64,000 bases of DNA, taken from NCBI GenBank assembly GCA_017436525.1, contig JAFSCX010000004.1, positions 4,788-68,787 of the forward strand. The letters are read 5' to 3'. Origin of the DNA: Clostridia bacterium (GTDB lineage: Bacteria; Bacillota; Clostridia; Oscillospirales; QAKW01). Below are positions 28,194 through 37,508 of this stretch, one piece after another; position 1 is the stretch's first letter; each line of letters opens with the position of its first letter. The notes below the pieces were generated by a model. That model worked only from the letters and a program-made list of their open reading frames with translations. It was not told the DNA's origin and ran no database searches. Made by a program: the position numbers and the translations under genes.

Positions 28194-28937
28194 TTAAAAT
28201 TTAATCATATCCTGCATCTTATAAAGACCTGCAGGTTGCTTGCAAAGAAATTCTGCTGCCGCAATGGCGCCTTCTGCAAAAAGGGCGCGATCGTGGGCTT
28301 CGTGCTTTAAGGTGATGGTCTCGGCATCGGTGCCGACCAATACCTCATGGGTGCCCACAATATTGCCCATGCGGATGGCATGGATTCCGATTTCTTCATC
28401 GGCTCTCTTTCCATGGCCGCCTCTCCCGCAAAGGAAGGTTGCTTTCTTGAGAATTTCGCGGATTCCTTCTGCAATCATCAAGGCTGTCCCGCTGGGGGCA
28501 TCCAATTTGCGATTATGATGGGTTTCCACAATCTCGATATTTGCATGGGGGTAAAGGGCGGCCGTCTTTTTCGCAAGCTCTGCCAAAAGGGCAACGCCCA
28601 TCGACATATTGGCGGAGAAGAATACAGGGATTTCCTTAGCCGCTTCCGTAATCAGCTTTTTCTCGCTATCGGTATGGCCGGTGGTGGAAAGCACGACCGG
28701 AAGATGCGCTTTTATTGCATAATCCAAAAGGCTTTTGGTGGCAGCATGATGGGAAAAATCAATGATGCAATCTGCCCCTTCAGGGACATCGGCAGGGGAT
28801 TGATAGCAAGGAAACCCGCTTTGATTTCCGCCAAGGTCTACTCCCGCATGCAAGGAGGCGCCGCGAAAGCCCTCTTCCGCCAAGCGGATCACCTGCTGCC
28901 CCATACGGCCGCAGGCGCCGAATACAATGATTCTCAT
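28194..28937 (-). CDS. dapB: 4-hydroxy-tetrahydrodipicolinate reductase
   Basis: NAD(P)-binding MRIIVFGACGRMG and substrate motif ETHHNRKLDAPSGTA. Confidence 0.92.
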   Translation of the reverse strand: MRIIVFGACGRMGQQVIRLAEEGFRGASLHAGVDLGGNQSGFPCYQSPADVPEGADCIIDFSHHAATKSLLDYAIKAHLPVVLSTTGHTDSEKKLITEAAKEIPVFFSANMSMGVALLAELAKKTAALYPHANIEIVETHHNRKLDAPSGTALMIAEGIREILKKATFLCGRGGHGKRADEEIGIHAIRMGNIVGTHEVLVGTDAETITLKHEAHDRALFAEGAIAAAEFLCKQPAGLYKMQDMIKF

Positions 28938-29821
28938 ATTTTAATTCCTTCCGCTCTCATCAGAGCATAGAGATTTTGCTTATTGGCCTCCTCCATGGGA
29001 GTAAGAGGCAGGCGCAGATAATTTTCACCAAAGCCCATGGCAGAAAGAGCCGCTTTTACAGGGATGGGATTTACCTCGCAGAAGAGGGCTTTGATCAAAG
29101 GCAGATACCGAAGCTGCAGCGCGCGAGCGCCTTCGATATCCCCTCGGAAGAAACGATCGCAAAGCTCAACTGTCTCGCGGGGGAGCACATTGGAGAGCAC
29201 AGAGATAACGCCGATGCCTCCCAAAGCCATGATGGGCAGAATCTGATCATCGTTGCCGGAATAAATATCCATCTTATCGCCTACCAAAAGCTTGGTCTCG
29301 GCAATCTGAGAGATATCGCCGCCCGCTGCCTTGAGGCCTACAATATTAGGATGCTCTGCAAGCTTTGCGCAGGTGGCAGGCAGAATATTGCAGCCGGTGC
29401 GGGAGGGTACATTATAAAGAATGATGGGCTTATCCACTGCATCGGCAATGGCGGTAAAGGATTGAACCAGCCCGTTCTGCGTTGCTTTGTTATAGTAGGG
29501 AGTAACCGTCAGCAAACCATCGACCCCTGCGGCGCAGGCGTGGCGGGAAAGCTCGACTGCATAGGAGGTATCATTGGAGCCGGTCCCTGCAATGACAGGG
29601 ATTTTGCCCCCGATCCGATTCATGGTAAAATCAATCACCTCGCGGTGCTCTTTATCGCTTAAAGTGGAGCCCTCGCCGGTGGTGCCTACCGTAATGATAG
29701 CGTTGACCCCTTCGGCCACCTGCCAATCCAAAAGTTTGCCGTAGCTTTCATAATCCACGCCCATTTTGGTCATGGGAGTGATGATAGCGGTTCCTACGCC
29801 CTTGAAGATCGGATTCGACAT
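28934..29821 (-). CDS. dapA: 4-hydroxy-tetrahydrodipicolinate synthase
   Basis: GVGTAIITPM...VGTTGEGSTLS...YNVPSRTG motifs. Start set to ATG 29821 behind AAGGAGG; the longer track ORF runs into the riboswitch terminator. ATGA overlap with dapB. Confidence 0.92.
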   Translation of the reverse strand: MSNPIFKGVGTAIITPMTKMGVDYESYGKLLDWQVAEGVNAIITVGTTGEGSTLSDKEHREVIDFTMNRIGGKIPVIAGTGSNDTSYAVELSRHACAAGVDGLLTVTPYYNKATQNGLVQSFTAIADAVDKPIILYNVPSRTGCNILPATCAKLAEHPNIVGLKAAGGDISQIAETKLLVGDKMDIYSGNDDQILPIMALGGIGVISVLSNVLPRETVELCDRFFRGDIEGARALQLRYLPLIKALFCEVNPIPVKAALSAMGFGENYLRLPLTPMEEANKQNLYALMRAEGIKI

Positions 29822-29847
29822 ATTGATATCCTCCTTGTAAAAATTCC

Positions 29848-30102
29848 GAAAAAACAAAAATGATAGCTGCGAAGCGGCAACTATCATACTAAATCAAAGC
29901 TTTTGGCGAAAAACATCAAAATTCGCCAAAATATAGTAAAGATAGCGCTCCGCAAATCTATGCGACAGCAACAGAACTCTTATTTCCTGCTGCCAGAACG
30001 ATCCTTTGCCATGGATCGCCTTCGGCACCCATCCCTTTCTGCGGCCTCCGCTTTCGGCAAGCGCCATGAAGCTGCGTACTGATGATGCAATGCACCTCTA
30101 TC
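29848..30102 (-). promoter_or_regulatory. Lysine riboswitch (L-box) with terminator expression platform
   Basis: The minus strand reads GATAGAGGTGC...AGTA...GGAGG...GGGATGGGTGCCGAAGG...CTGTTGCTGTCGC...GAGCGCTATC, matching conserved L-box blocks with a P1 of GATAG/CTATC. A downstream hairpin (29861-29886) is followed by TTTTTGTTTTTT on the minus strand. That hairpin has a G-U pair only in the minus-strand RNA. Confidence 0.8.
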
Positions 30103-30111
30103 GATGGTTAG

Positions 30112-30140
30112 AGGATAGCATAAGTGCCGAAAAATGTCAA
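30112..30140 (-). promoter_or_regulatory. Promoter for the L-box/dapA operon
   Basis: Minus strand TTGACA (30140-30135), 17-nt spacer, TATCCT (30117-30112) preceded by TGC. It ends about 10 nt upstream of the aptamer 5' end. Confidence 0.5.
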
Positions 30141-30210
30141 CCCTCAGAGAAGGATTTCGGCTGACTGCCCAACTTTCTTTGAGGAATCGTGTAATTTTTT
30201 AGCGGTCTGC

Positions 30211-31029
30211 TTAAAAATCCAAAGTCTCACCGGACTCTACCTTGATGAGATCTTTGCCGTCTGTAGAGAACCAGAGGGTATAAAGGGTGGGATTATAAAC
30301 CCTTCTTCCATCGGCTGAGAATTGCAGCTGATGGAAGGCTTCAATATAGGAGAAGATCTCGATATTGGTGGCATACCAGATATCTTCTCTGCCGCCCATA
30401 TATTCCGCAAATTCTTCGATAACATTCCAATTATCATTATCATCAAATTCATAGCTATGGCCCCAAAGGTAGAAAAGCTCGGAGCGAAATTTAACGTTCT
30501 TTTCCGCAAAGGTTTTAGCAAGCTCCATCAAGCGGGGATTATTATGATGGCAGGTGGCAGGAAGCCGCGCCCAATCGGTAGGGATCTTAAAACTTTCGGT
30601 GGTAACGGTGGTGCGGGAATAAAGGATTCCAAGATCCTTCAGCTGATCGGCCAGTGTATCAGTAAAACTATTGTTGGGATAAGCCATGCCACGGCAAATC
30701 CCGCCGAAAAGCCGCTCAATCTCTTGGCGATCCTTGCGGATTTCCTCAAAGGCAAGATGCAGGGGGAGCAGTTCTAAAAAGGGATGGGTATAGGAATGGA
30801 CTGCAACCTCCATGCCGCTATCGGTATAAAGATCAACTGCTTCTTGCTCCATCAGGCGGCGGTGTTCCCCTGGCTTTTTTGCAAAAAGGCCGGTATTGAT
30901 ATTAAAGGTGCCCTTGAGCCCGTTTTTTTGCATAATCTCAATCAGGCGTTTATCTTGGATCACAGCATCATCATAGCTTAAGGTCAGCGCCTTTCTAAGG
31001 CCGCCGGGATAACGCATATAGGTATTCAT
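30211..31029 (-). CDS. Polysaccharide deacetylase (CE4/NodB-homology) family protein
   Basis: LTLSYDDAVIQDKRLIEIMQKNGLKGTFNIN and VAVHSYTHP motifs (Asp-Asp and His-x-x-x-His metal ligand pattern). Confidence 0.8.
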   Translation of the reverse strand: MNTYMRYPGGLRKALTLSYDDAVIQDKRLIEIMQKNGLKGTFNINTGLFAKKPGEHRRLMEQEAVDLYTDSGMEVAVHSYTHPFLELLPLHLAFEEIRKDRQEIERLFGGICRGMAYPNNSFTDTLADQLKDLGILYSRTTVTTESFKIPTDWARLPATCHHNNPRLMELAKTFAEKNVKFRSELFYLWGHSYEFDDNDNWNVIEEFAEYMGGREDIWYATNIEIFSYIEAFHQLQFSADGRRVYNPTLYTLWFSTDGKDLIKVESGETLDF

Positions 31030-31107
31030 GACATATCACTCCTTATTGTTTTCATACAAAGTCATTATACCACTATATTTTCTAAAAGTAAACCTATACG
31101 AATTAAA

Positions 31108-31462
31108 AAAGATTGGAAAAAACACGTTTTTTCCAATCTTTCAGCGTGTCAAAAAACTCCTGCGGAGGTTTTTGATACGCTGGGAGACTCTCAAAAAAGA
31201 GTGCAGATTTCGTCGATCTGTTCTCGTCGGCGTACACAGGTACGGCAGAGAGCAGATCGGCGGAAAGCAGAAAAGTTTAATCAAAAAACCGCATGATGAT
31301 GCGGATTTTTTCCTTATAATAAGAAAGCAAGGAAAAAAGAGTGGTTTTTTTCCTTTGCTGATTTATAGAATCGGCAGAATTCTTTTATTCTCTTATTTTC
31401 TGCGGTCTGTGCCTTTTTTGACAGTCTGAAAGATTGGAAAAAACACGTTTTTTCCAATCTTT
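31108..31462. repeat. About 290-bp hairpin-rich insert flanked by two identical copies of a terminator palindrome
   Basis: A 32-nt palindrome AAGATTGGAAAAAACACGTTTTTTCCAATCTT occurs at 31109-31140 and 31430-31461. Just inside it is an imperfect inverted repeat TCAGCGTGTCAAAAAA (31141-31156) / TTTTTTGACAGTCTGA (31415-31430). Confidence 0.65.
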
Positions 31463-31465
31463 TTA

Positions 31466-32134
31466 TCATTGGACCGAAATTACGGTCAAAATACGGCCGT
31501 CTACTTTGAATTGCAAAGAGATCTCCCCGTAATCCATGGTATAGATTCGATCGGGATCTTCCTGATAGGCGGGGCGGGGGTCCTGCTCCAAAAGCTTCAA
31601 AACGGTCTCTTGATGCTCTTTTGGAATTTTTTCTAAAATTTCAATGGGGCAGTTGGCTTTGAGCGGCCCATCGGTTTTGGTGTCGGCAAAGCCGCCCGTC
31701 GCCTCGGGATGGGAATCGGTATAGGCAAGATAGGGCTTGATATCGAAGATGGGGGTGCCGTCTAAAAGATCGGCCCCTTCAATATGCAGAATCGGCCCTT
31801 GGGGGCTATCGGGGGTAATGCCGATGAGCTTTACCGAAGAGAGGCCGATTTCATTGGGGCGGAAAGGGGAGCGGGTGGCAAAGACGCCGATGCGTGTATT
31901 GCCTCCCAAGCGGGGCGGGCGCACCGTGGGGGACCAGCCCTCCCGCAGGGCCTCGGAAAATTGCCAGAGAAGCCAAATGTGAGAAAAATCCTCCAGCCCC
32001 TTAATGGCATCAATATTTCGATATGGAGGCTCAAAGACGATATCTGCCTTGGTTTTTACCAATCCGCTCTGCCGAGGAATTCCGAATTTTTCATTGAAAT
32101 CCGAGCGGATGCGGGCAATTATTTCAAGTTTCAT
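31466..32134 (-). CDS. trmO: tRNA (t6A37-N6)-methyltransferase TrmO (TsaA/YaeB family)
   Basis: FGIPRQSG..., IWLLWQF..., VFATRSPFRPNEIGLS motifs typical of TsaA-like proteins. Confidence 0.8.
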   Translation of the reverse strand: MKLEIIARIRSDFNEKFGIPRQSGLVKTKADIVFEPPYRNIDAIKGLEDFSHIWLLWQFSEALREGWSPTVRPPRLGGNTRIGVFATRSPFRPNEIGLSSVKLIGITPDSPQGPILHIEGADLLDGTPIFDIKPYLAYTDSHPEATGGFADTKTDGPLKANCPIEILEKIPKEHQETVLKLLEQDPRPAYQEDPDRIYTMDYGEISLQFKVDGRILTVISVQ

Positions 32135-32143
32135 GAAAATCTC

Positions 32144-32467
32144 CTAAAAGATAAATTGAACCAGCGCCATATAGCAGATGGTTCCTGCTGCAATGGAAAG
32201 GAGCATATTCCTTTTCCAAAGATGCAGGCCGATGATCAAAGCGATGGAGAGCAGCTCCGGCAATCCATGGCTCCCTGATAGCAGGGATACATCCTTTAGG
32301 CAATAGACCACCAGCATCGAAAAGATGGCGGCGGGCAAAGCCTTGCCTAAATATTGAATGTAGCGGGGTGTTTTGCCCTTGGAAAAGATCAAAAAGGGCA
32401 GAAAGCGGGTGAGCATGGTGCCCAGCGCACAGATGGCGATGGTGATGATTTCTTGGCTTAATGTCAT
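32144..32467 (-). CDS. azlD: AzlD-family branched-chain amino acid transport protein
   Basis: 107-aa hydrophobic protein immediately downstream of, and overlapping, an AzlC-like gene. Confidence 0.7.
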   Translation of the reverse strand: MTLSQEIITIAICALGTMLTRFLPFLIFSKGKTPRYIQYLGKALPAAIFSMLVVYCLKDVSLLSGSHGLPELLSIALIIGLHLWKRNMLLSIAAGTICYMALVQFIF

Positions 32468-33174
32468 TGGAGGCCACCTGCTTTCTCAATGGGCTTTTTG
32501 AAAAGGGTCAGCCCCGCTAAAATGCAGATCATGGTAGGAAGCAGGAAGGAATCTGCCCCAAAGCCGAGCAGGCAGAAAACCGAAGCGATCAAGCCGATCA
32601 AAGCGGTAATATGCCGCTTTTCCTTCAGCCATTGCTCCAAAAAGATGACGACAAACAGAGCGGTCATGACAAATTCAAGCCCTTCTGTATTGATGGAAAT
32701 GATCGATCCGAAAATACCGCCCAGGGTCGCTCCCGCCACCCAATAGAATTGATTCAGAAGGGTTACGAAAAACATAAACCAGCCTCTATCCGCATCCTGC
32801 GGGATCGAAGCAGAATAATTGATGGAAAAACTCTCGTCGCACATCCCGAAGATGAGGTAAATCTTTTTCCAACCGGTATTTTTATATTTTTCCAGCATGG
32901 AGATGCCGTAGAAAAGATGGCGGGCTTGAATCATCAATGCCATCAAAAACGTCTGTAAAGGGGCAAAGCTTCCCAAAAGCATGGAGACGGCCACAAACTC
33001 CAGCGAGCCGCCGAAAATGGTAAGCGCCATCAGCATGGGGTAGAGAAAGGAAAAGCCTAAAGAGCGCATATAAAAGCCATAGGAAAAGCCCAAAAACAGA
33101 AAGCCGGTCAGAATCGGCAGTGTCTGAGGGAGAGCGGCTGAAAAGGAGCGCTTGATGATGGTGGATCGGCTCAT
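32464..33174 (-). CDS. azlC: AzlC-family branched-chain amino acid transporter subunit
   Basis: 236-aa polytopic protein. The size and pairing with a small AzlD-like protein are typical. Confidence 0.7.
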   Translation of the reverse strand: MSRSTIIKRSFSAALPQTLPILTGFLFLGFSYGFYMRSLGFSFLYPMLMALTIFGGSLEFVAVSMLLGSFAPLQTFLMALMIQARHLFYGISMLEKYKNTGWKKIYLIFGMCDESFSINYSASIPQDADRGWFMFFVTLLNQFYWVAGATLGGIFGSIISINTEGLEFVMTALFVVIFLEQWLKEKRHITALIGLIASVFCLLGFGADSFLLPTMICILAGLTLFKKPIEKAGGLQ

Positions 33175-34829
33175 TTTTCAGCCTCTTCTGCGATAGAGGC
33201 GGCCAATTCCAGCGCATCATCGATATGGGGGAGAAAATGCTCCTTGCCCACACGCTCAATAAAGCCTGCTTTTTCCATGGTATGCATCGGCTGCTCATTG
33301 ACATGGGAGAAGATAATGGCGATATTTTTCTTGGCACACCGCTGATAGAGGGCTTCCAGCGCATTCATGGCGGTGGCATCAATGGCCGAAACGCTGCGCA
33401 TCCGCAGCACCAAGCAGCGGGTGAAGCTTCTGAGGCTGATTTCGGCGATGCGGTCGGCCGCGCCGAAAAAGAGAGGGCCGCTGATCTCATAAATCCGCAC
33501 GCCCTTGGGCACAGGGCGCAGGGCATGGGTATCATCCCATTCCTCTTCGGTATAGGCCCAGCTGCGTACCGAGGTCTCGTCGCTCATCCGCTTCATAAAA
33601 AGAATGCAAGCGGCCACAAGGCCCACCACGATGGCGACTACCAAATCGAAGATGACCGTCAGCAGGAAGGTGATGACCAAGACAAAGATATCGCTCTTGG
33701 GCGCAGTCTTAAGCAGACGGACAAAAGGCCTCCATTGGCACATATTATAAGCCACATGGAAGAGAATTGCCGCAATAACCGGCATGGGAATCAGCGCCGC
33801 ATAAGGCATCAGTAAGACCAAAATCAGCAGTAAAACAAGGGCATGAACCATTCCGGAAACGGGGGTCTTGCCGCCGCTTTTGATGTTGGCGGCGGTGCGG
33901 GCGATGGCGCCGGTGGCGGGGATTCCGCCGAAGAGGGCAGAGCCTAAGTTGCCGATTCCTTGAGCCACCAGCTCGGCGTTGGAGCGGTGCTTGCTATTGG
34001 TCATGCCGTCTGCCACTACGCAGGAAAGCAGCGATTCGATGGCTGCTAAGATGGCGATGGTGAAGGCATCGGGAAGAACGGCGCGAATCAGCCCGAAATC
34101 AAAGCCGGGCAGGCGGAAGGCGGGGAGGGCGCTGCTTACGGTATAAAGATCGCCGATGGTGTTGACCTCCAGAGAAAAGCCCTTTACCAGCCCGATCCCG
34201 ATCAATACAGCAATCAGGGAGCCGGGAATCTTATTGAGATAGGGGATCTTCGGCCAAAAGATCAGCACTGCAAGGCTTAAGAGCCCAACTGCGACTGCCC
34301 AAAGATTGACGGTATTAAAATGATGGATCACCGCCTCCACCTTTTCGATGGTTTCGATGGGAGCGAGACCCTTGGGGTAGGTGAGGCCGAAAAAGTCCTT
34401 CAGCTGCCCCACCAGAATGGTAACGGCGATGCCGGCGGTAAAGCCGGTGGTGATGGTATAGGGAATGAATTTGATGAGGCTTCCCAATTTGAAGATCCCC
34501 ATCAGGATGAGAAGGATGCCTGCCATCAAAGTGGCAATCATCAGCCCTTCCATTCCGTTGGCGGCCACAATCCCTGCCACAATGGTAGCGAAGGCGGCGG
34601 TGGGACCTGCGATCTGCACCTTGGATCCGCCGAAGAAGGAGATCAAAAAACCTGCCACAATGGCGGTATAGAGGCCTTCCTCAGGCCCAACCCCCGAAGC
34701 CAGCGCCAAGGCGATGGAGAGAGGCAGGGCAATGATGGCCACAATGATTCCTGCAATGATATCGTTGATCAGCTGCTTTCCGGTATACCCTTTGAGGGAT
34801 GAAAAGAGCATAGGTTTGAGTTCTTTCAT
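33171..34829 (-). CDS. SulP-family anion transporter with a C-terminal STAS domain
   Basis: 552 aa. N-terminal polytopic domain (AGIIVAIIALPLSIALALASG...). The C-terminal cytoplasmic STAS-like segment (VRIYEISGPLFFGAADRI...LRMRSVSAIDATAMNAL) matches the family pattern. Confidence 0.85.
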   Translation of the reverse strand: MKELKPMLFSSLKGYTGKQLINDIIAGIIVAIIALPLSIALALASGVGPEEGLYTAIVAGFLISFFGGSKVQIAGPTAAFATIVAGIVAANGMEGLMIATLMAGILLILMGIFKLGSLIKFIPYTITTGFTAGIAVTILVGQLKDFFGLTYPKGLAPIETIEKVEAVIHHFNTVNLWAVAVGLLSLAVLIFWPKIPYLNKIPGSLIAVLIGIGLVKGFSLEVNTIGDLYTVSSALPAFRLPGFDFGLIRAVLPDAFTIAILAAIESLLSCVVADGMTNSKHRSNAELVAQGIGNLGSALFGGIPATGAIARTAANIKSGGKTPVSGMVHALVLLLILVLLMPYAALIPMPVIAAILFHVAYNMCQWRPFVRLLKTAPKSDIFVLVITFLLTVIFDLVVAIVVGLVAACILFMKRMSDETSVRSWAYTEEEWDDTHALRPVPKGVRIYEISGPLFFGAADRIAEISLRSFTRCLVLRMRSVSAIDATAMNALEALYQRCAKKNIAIIFSHVNEQPMHTMEKAGFIERVGKEHFLPHIDDALELAASIAEEAEK

Positions 34830-34972
34830 AATTTCCTCCTATATAATTTTAACAGAAAAATTATAGTCCCCCTTTGCCTGTGAAGTCAAGAGAAATCTTG
34901 CGTCAGACTTGCTTTTTAGGAAAAAAAGAGTATAATCAATAAAAGGGAACGTTATGGAAAAGAGGATGAATT

Positions 34973-36157
34973 TTGAGCTATTCTGTTTATGAGCGAAAAG
35001 AAGATTGCTGCGGTTGCACCGCTTGCATGAATATCTGCCCCAAGGGGGCTATAACCATGCAGGCAGATGAGGAGGGCTTTCTTTATCCTGAAATAGATGG
35101 GAAACGGTGCATCGAATGTGGTCTTTGCAAAAAAATCTGCGCTTTTCAGAAAGAGGAACTTTCCTTGGAAGAGATGCCGCAAGTTTATGCGGTAAAGGCA
35201 TCGGATGAGATCCGCCGGCAAAGCTCCTCCGGAGGATGTTTTACCGCTTTTTCCGATGTAATATTGCAAAAGGGCGGAGCGGTTTATGGCTGCGCCTTTG
35301 ATGAAAAGCTCAAAGCAGAGCATATTCGCGCGGAAAATGAGCGGGAGAGAGACCGCTGCCGCGGCTCTAAATATTCCCAAAGCGATCTCGGAACTATTTT
35401 TTCAAGCGTGAAAGAAGATCTCAAAGCGGGCAGAGAGGTGCTCTTTACCGGCACCACCTGCCAGACTGCCGCTTTGCGGGAAGTTCTTTCCGAGCAAGAG
35501 CAGAAAAATCTTTATACGGTGGATATCATCTGCCATGGTACCCCCTCACCGAGGCTTTTTGCGGATTTTATTGAATATATCGAGCAAAAGCGCAATAAGA
35601 AGGTAAAAGCTTATTATCATCGCCCGAAAGACCTTGGTTGGCGAGGCGGGGAGAAGTTGATCTACGCCGATGGTAAAAAAGAAAGCCGGACAACCCTTGT
35701 GGATGGATGGCGCAATATCTTCTATGGAGATCTTGCCCTTCGGCCATCCTGCTATCAATGCCGCTATAGCAATCCTTGCCGCCCTTCGGATATCACCATT
35801 GCCGATTTTTGGGGAATTGAGGGCTATGCCCCCGAATTTTCCGATGCCTTAGGGGTTTCCTTGGCGCTGGTCAGCAGCGAAAAAGGGCGTCGGCTTTTTG
35901 AGGCGTGCAGATCTTCGCTGCAGATAATAGAGCGAACCATGGAGGAGGCGGTGGTGAAGAACCCCAATCTGAAGGTGCCGACCGCCCGCCCTGCAGCGAG
36001 AACGCAATTCTGGGCTTTATATAAGGAGGGCGGATTTCCGGCGATTATGCGGCTCTATGGCAAGGATACCTTGAAACAAAAAATCAAGTATGCAATCAAG
36101 GCAATAATGAGAAAATGCGGCCTTTTTGCATTGGCTAAAAAAATCTTGAAGAAATAA
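34973..36157 (+). CDS. FrhB/FdhB-like (coenzyme F420 hydrogenase beta-type) iron-sulfur flavoprotein
   Basis: N-terminal 2x[4Fe-4S] ferredoxin motifs (CCGCTACMNICP, CIECGLCKKICA) followed by an FrhB_FdhB-like body (GTTCQTAALR, DIICHGTPS). TTG start with AGAGGA 6 nt upstream. Confidence 0.65.
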   Translation: MSYSVYERKEDCCGCTACMNICPKGAITMQADEEGFLYPEIDGKRCIECGLCKKICAFQKEELSLEEMPQVYAVKASDEIRRQSSSGGCFTAFSDVILQKGGAVYGCAFDEKLKAEHIRAENERERDRCRGSKYSQSDLGTIFSSVKEDLKAGREVLFTGTTCQTAALREVLSEQEQKNLYTVDIICHGTPSPRLFADFIEYIEQKRNKKVKAYYHRPKDLGWRGGEKLIYADGKKESRTTLVDGWRNIFYGDLALRPSCYQCRYSNPCRPSDITIADFWGIEGYAPEFSDALGVSLALVSSEKGRRLFEACRSSLQIIERTMEEAVVKNPNLKVPTARPAARTQFWALYKEGGFPAIMRLYGKDTLKQKIKYAIKAIMRKCGLFALAKKILKK

Positions 36158-36159
36158 GA

Positions 36160-36205
36160 GGATATCCATCTGTGGGCAACCGCTTGCAGATGGATATTTT
36201 GTTTG
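36160..36205 (+). terminator. Rho-independent terminator
   Basis: ATATCCATCTG / CAGATGGATAT stem followed by TTTTGTTT. Confidence 0.7.
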
Positions 36206-36213
36206 GATAACCC

Positions 36214-36242
36214 TTGAAAAATCAAGGCAAAGGTGGTATACT
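36214..36242 (+). promoter_or_regulatory. atp operon promoter (extended -10)
   Basis: TTGAAA (36214-36219), 17-nt spacer ending in TGG, TATACT (36237-36242). Confidence 0.55.
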
Positions 36243-36256
36243 GATGCAGTAAGAGG

Positions 36257-36574
36257 GTGATCAAAATCGATAATAATTTTTTGGGAGCGGGTATCGCATG
36301 TCTTGCGGGCGTAGGAATTGCCGCAATTAATTATGCAGTTGCCCGTTTTATATTGAAAAAATATCCTGATCAATATGCTGTCGGCCAGCTGATTCGTCAG
36401 GTGCTGCAGATCGGATATCTGCTTCTTCTTTATTTTGCAGGGGCATATCTTCCGTGGGATCGCGTCTGGCTTTTGGTGGGCGGAGCATTGGGGCTTACGT
36501 TGCTGATGCCGCTCTTCACTTATCGCTTGCTTAAGCTGAATGGCTCGGGAAAGGAGGATGGATCTGATGGGTGA
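36257..36574 (+). CDS. Small membrane protein in the AtpI/AtpZ position of the atp operon
   Basis: 105-aa ORF with 3-4 hydrophobic helices directly upstream of, and overlapping, atpB. The GTG start abuts the AAGAGG motif, so the true start is uncertain. Confidence 0.45.
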   Translation: MIKIDNNFLGAGIACLAGVGIAAINYAVARFILKKYPDQYAVGQLIRQVLQIGYLLLLYFAGAYLPWDRVWLLVGGALGLTLLMPLFTYRLLKLNGSGKEDGSDG

Positions 36575-37241
36575 AAAATCGAGAGTGCTGTTTCGCTTGT
36601 TTGGCATTTTGGATGTAACGGGCGAAGTGGTTGCCATGTGGATCTTGCTGGCGCTGATTACCATAGTAGCGCTGATCGTTAAATTTCATTTGAAGGAGCG
36701 CCCCGGCCGATTCCAGAATATGATTGAGGCAGGGGTGGAATATCTGGACCATTTTCTCGGCGATATTCTGGGAGAGAAAAAAGCCCGCAAGCATTTTACC
36801 TTTCTTTCCTCGCTCTTTATCTTTATTTTGTTTGCCAATTATACGGGCTTGATCCCCGGCGTGGGGCTTTCGGATTATGTGAAAGCGCCTACCGCCTCCC
36901 TTTCGGTTACGGTAGGGCTTGGCGTGATCAGCTTTGTATTTTTGCAATATGTAGGCTTGCGGCATAGCGTAAAGGGCTATTTTAAGCGTTTTATCAGCCC
37001 GATGTTCTTTATGCTCCCGCTGATTTTGCTGGATGAATTTATTAAGCCCGCCTCTTTGGCGCTGCGTCTTTTCGGTAATGTATTTGGAGAAGAGATGGTT
37101 ACCGAAGAGCTCTATCATATATTCCCCATCGGAATCCCCGTGGTGATGATGGTGTTATCCATCCTTTTCTGCTATCTGCAGGCCATGGTATTCACTATGC
37201 TCACCTCGATCTATCTCGATGAGATGACCGAAGAAGAATAA
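36567..37241 (+). CDS. atpB: F0F1 ATP synthase subunit a
   Basis: Polytopic protein with the conserved [13 protein letters not shown] arginine-containing helix. The internal ATG at 36567 was chosen. Confidence 0.9.
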   Translation: MGEKSRVLFRLFGILDVTGEVVAMWILLALITIVALIVKFHLKERPGRFQNMIEAGVEYLDHFLGDILGEKKARKHFTFLSSLFIFILFANYTGLIPGVGLSDYVKAPTASLSVTVGLGVISFVFLQYVGLRHSVKGYFKRFISPMFFMLPLILLDEFIKPASLALRLFGNVFGEEMVTEELYHIFPIGIPVVMMVLSILFCYLQAMVFTMLTSIYLDEMTEEE

Positions 37242-37270
37242 ACTATATTTATAAAAAGGAGAATTTCAAC

Positions 37271-37498
37271 ATGACTTCCGGACTTATTGCTATCGCTGCT
37301 GCTATTGCTATCGCTGTGAGCACCATTGCACCCGCCTTGGGCCAGGGCCTGACCGCCAAGAGCGCAATGGAGAGTATTGCCCGCCAGCCCGATGCTGCCA
37401 AGGAGATTCGTTCTACCCTGATCATCGCTTTGGCGCTGATGGAGGCGCTGACCATCTATGGTCTGCTGATCGCTTTTATGCTGGTGGCAAAGGTATAA
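37271..37498 (+). CDS. atpE: F0F1 ATP synthase subunit c
   Basis: 75-aa hairpin protein with loop ARQPDA and the ion-binding carboxylate in [10 protein letters not shown]. Confidence 0.95.
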   Translation: MTSGLIAIAAAIAIAVSTIAPALGQGLTAKSAMESIARQPDAAKEIRSTLIIALALMEALTIYGLLIAFMLVAKV

Positions 37499-37508
37499 TA
37501 GGTGCTTT

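Noticed and set aside
31028-31429. 133-aa plus-strand ORF spanning the 31.0-31.4 kb intergenic region.
   Set aside because: It begins inside the start region of the deacetylase gene and runs through its promoter and two terminator palindromes. It has no RBS, and the sequence is Lys/Arg/Phe-rich with no motif. The region is better explained as non-coding hairpin-rich DNA.
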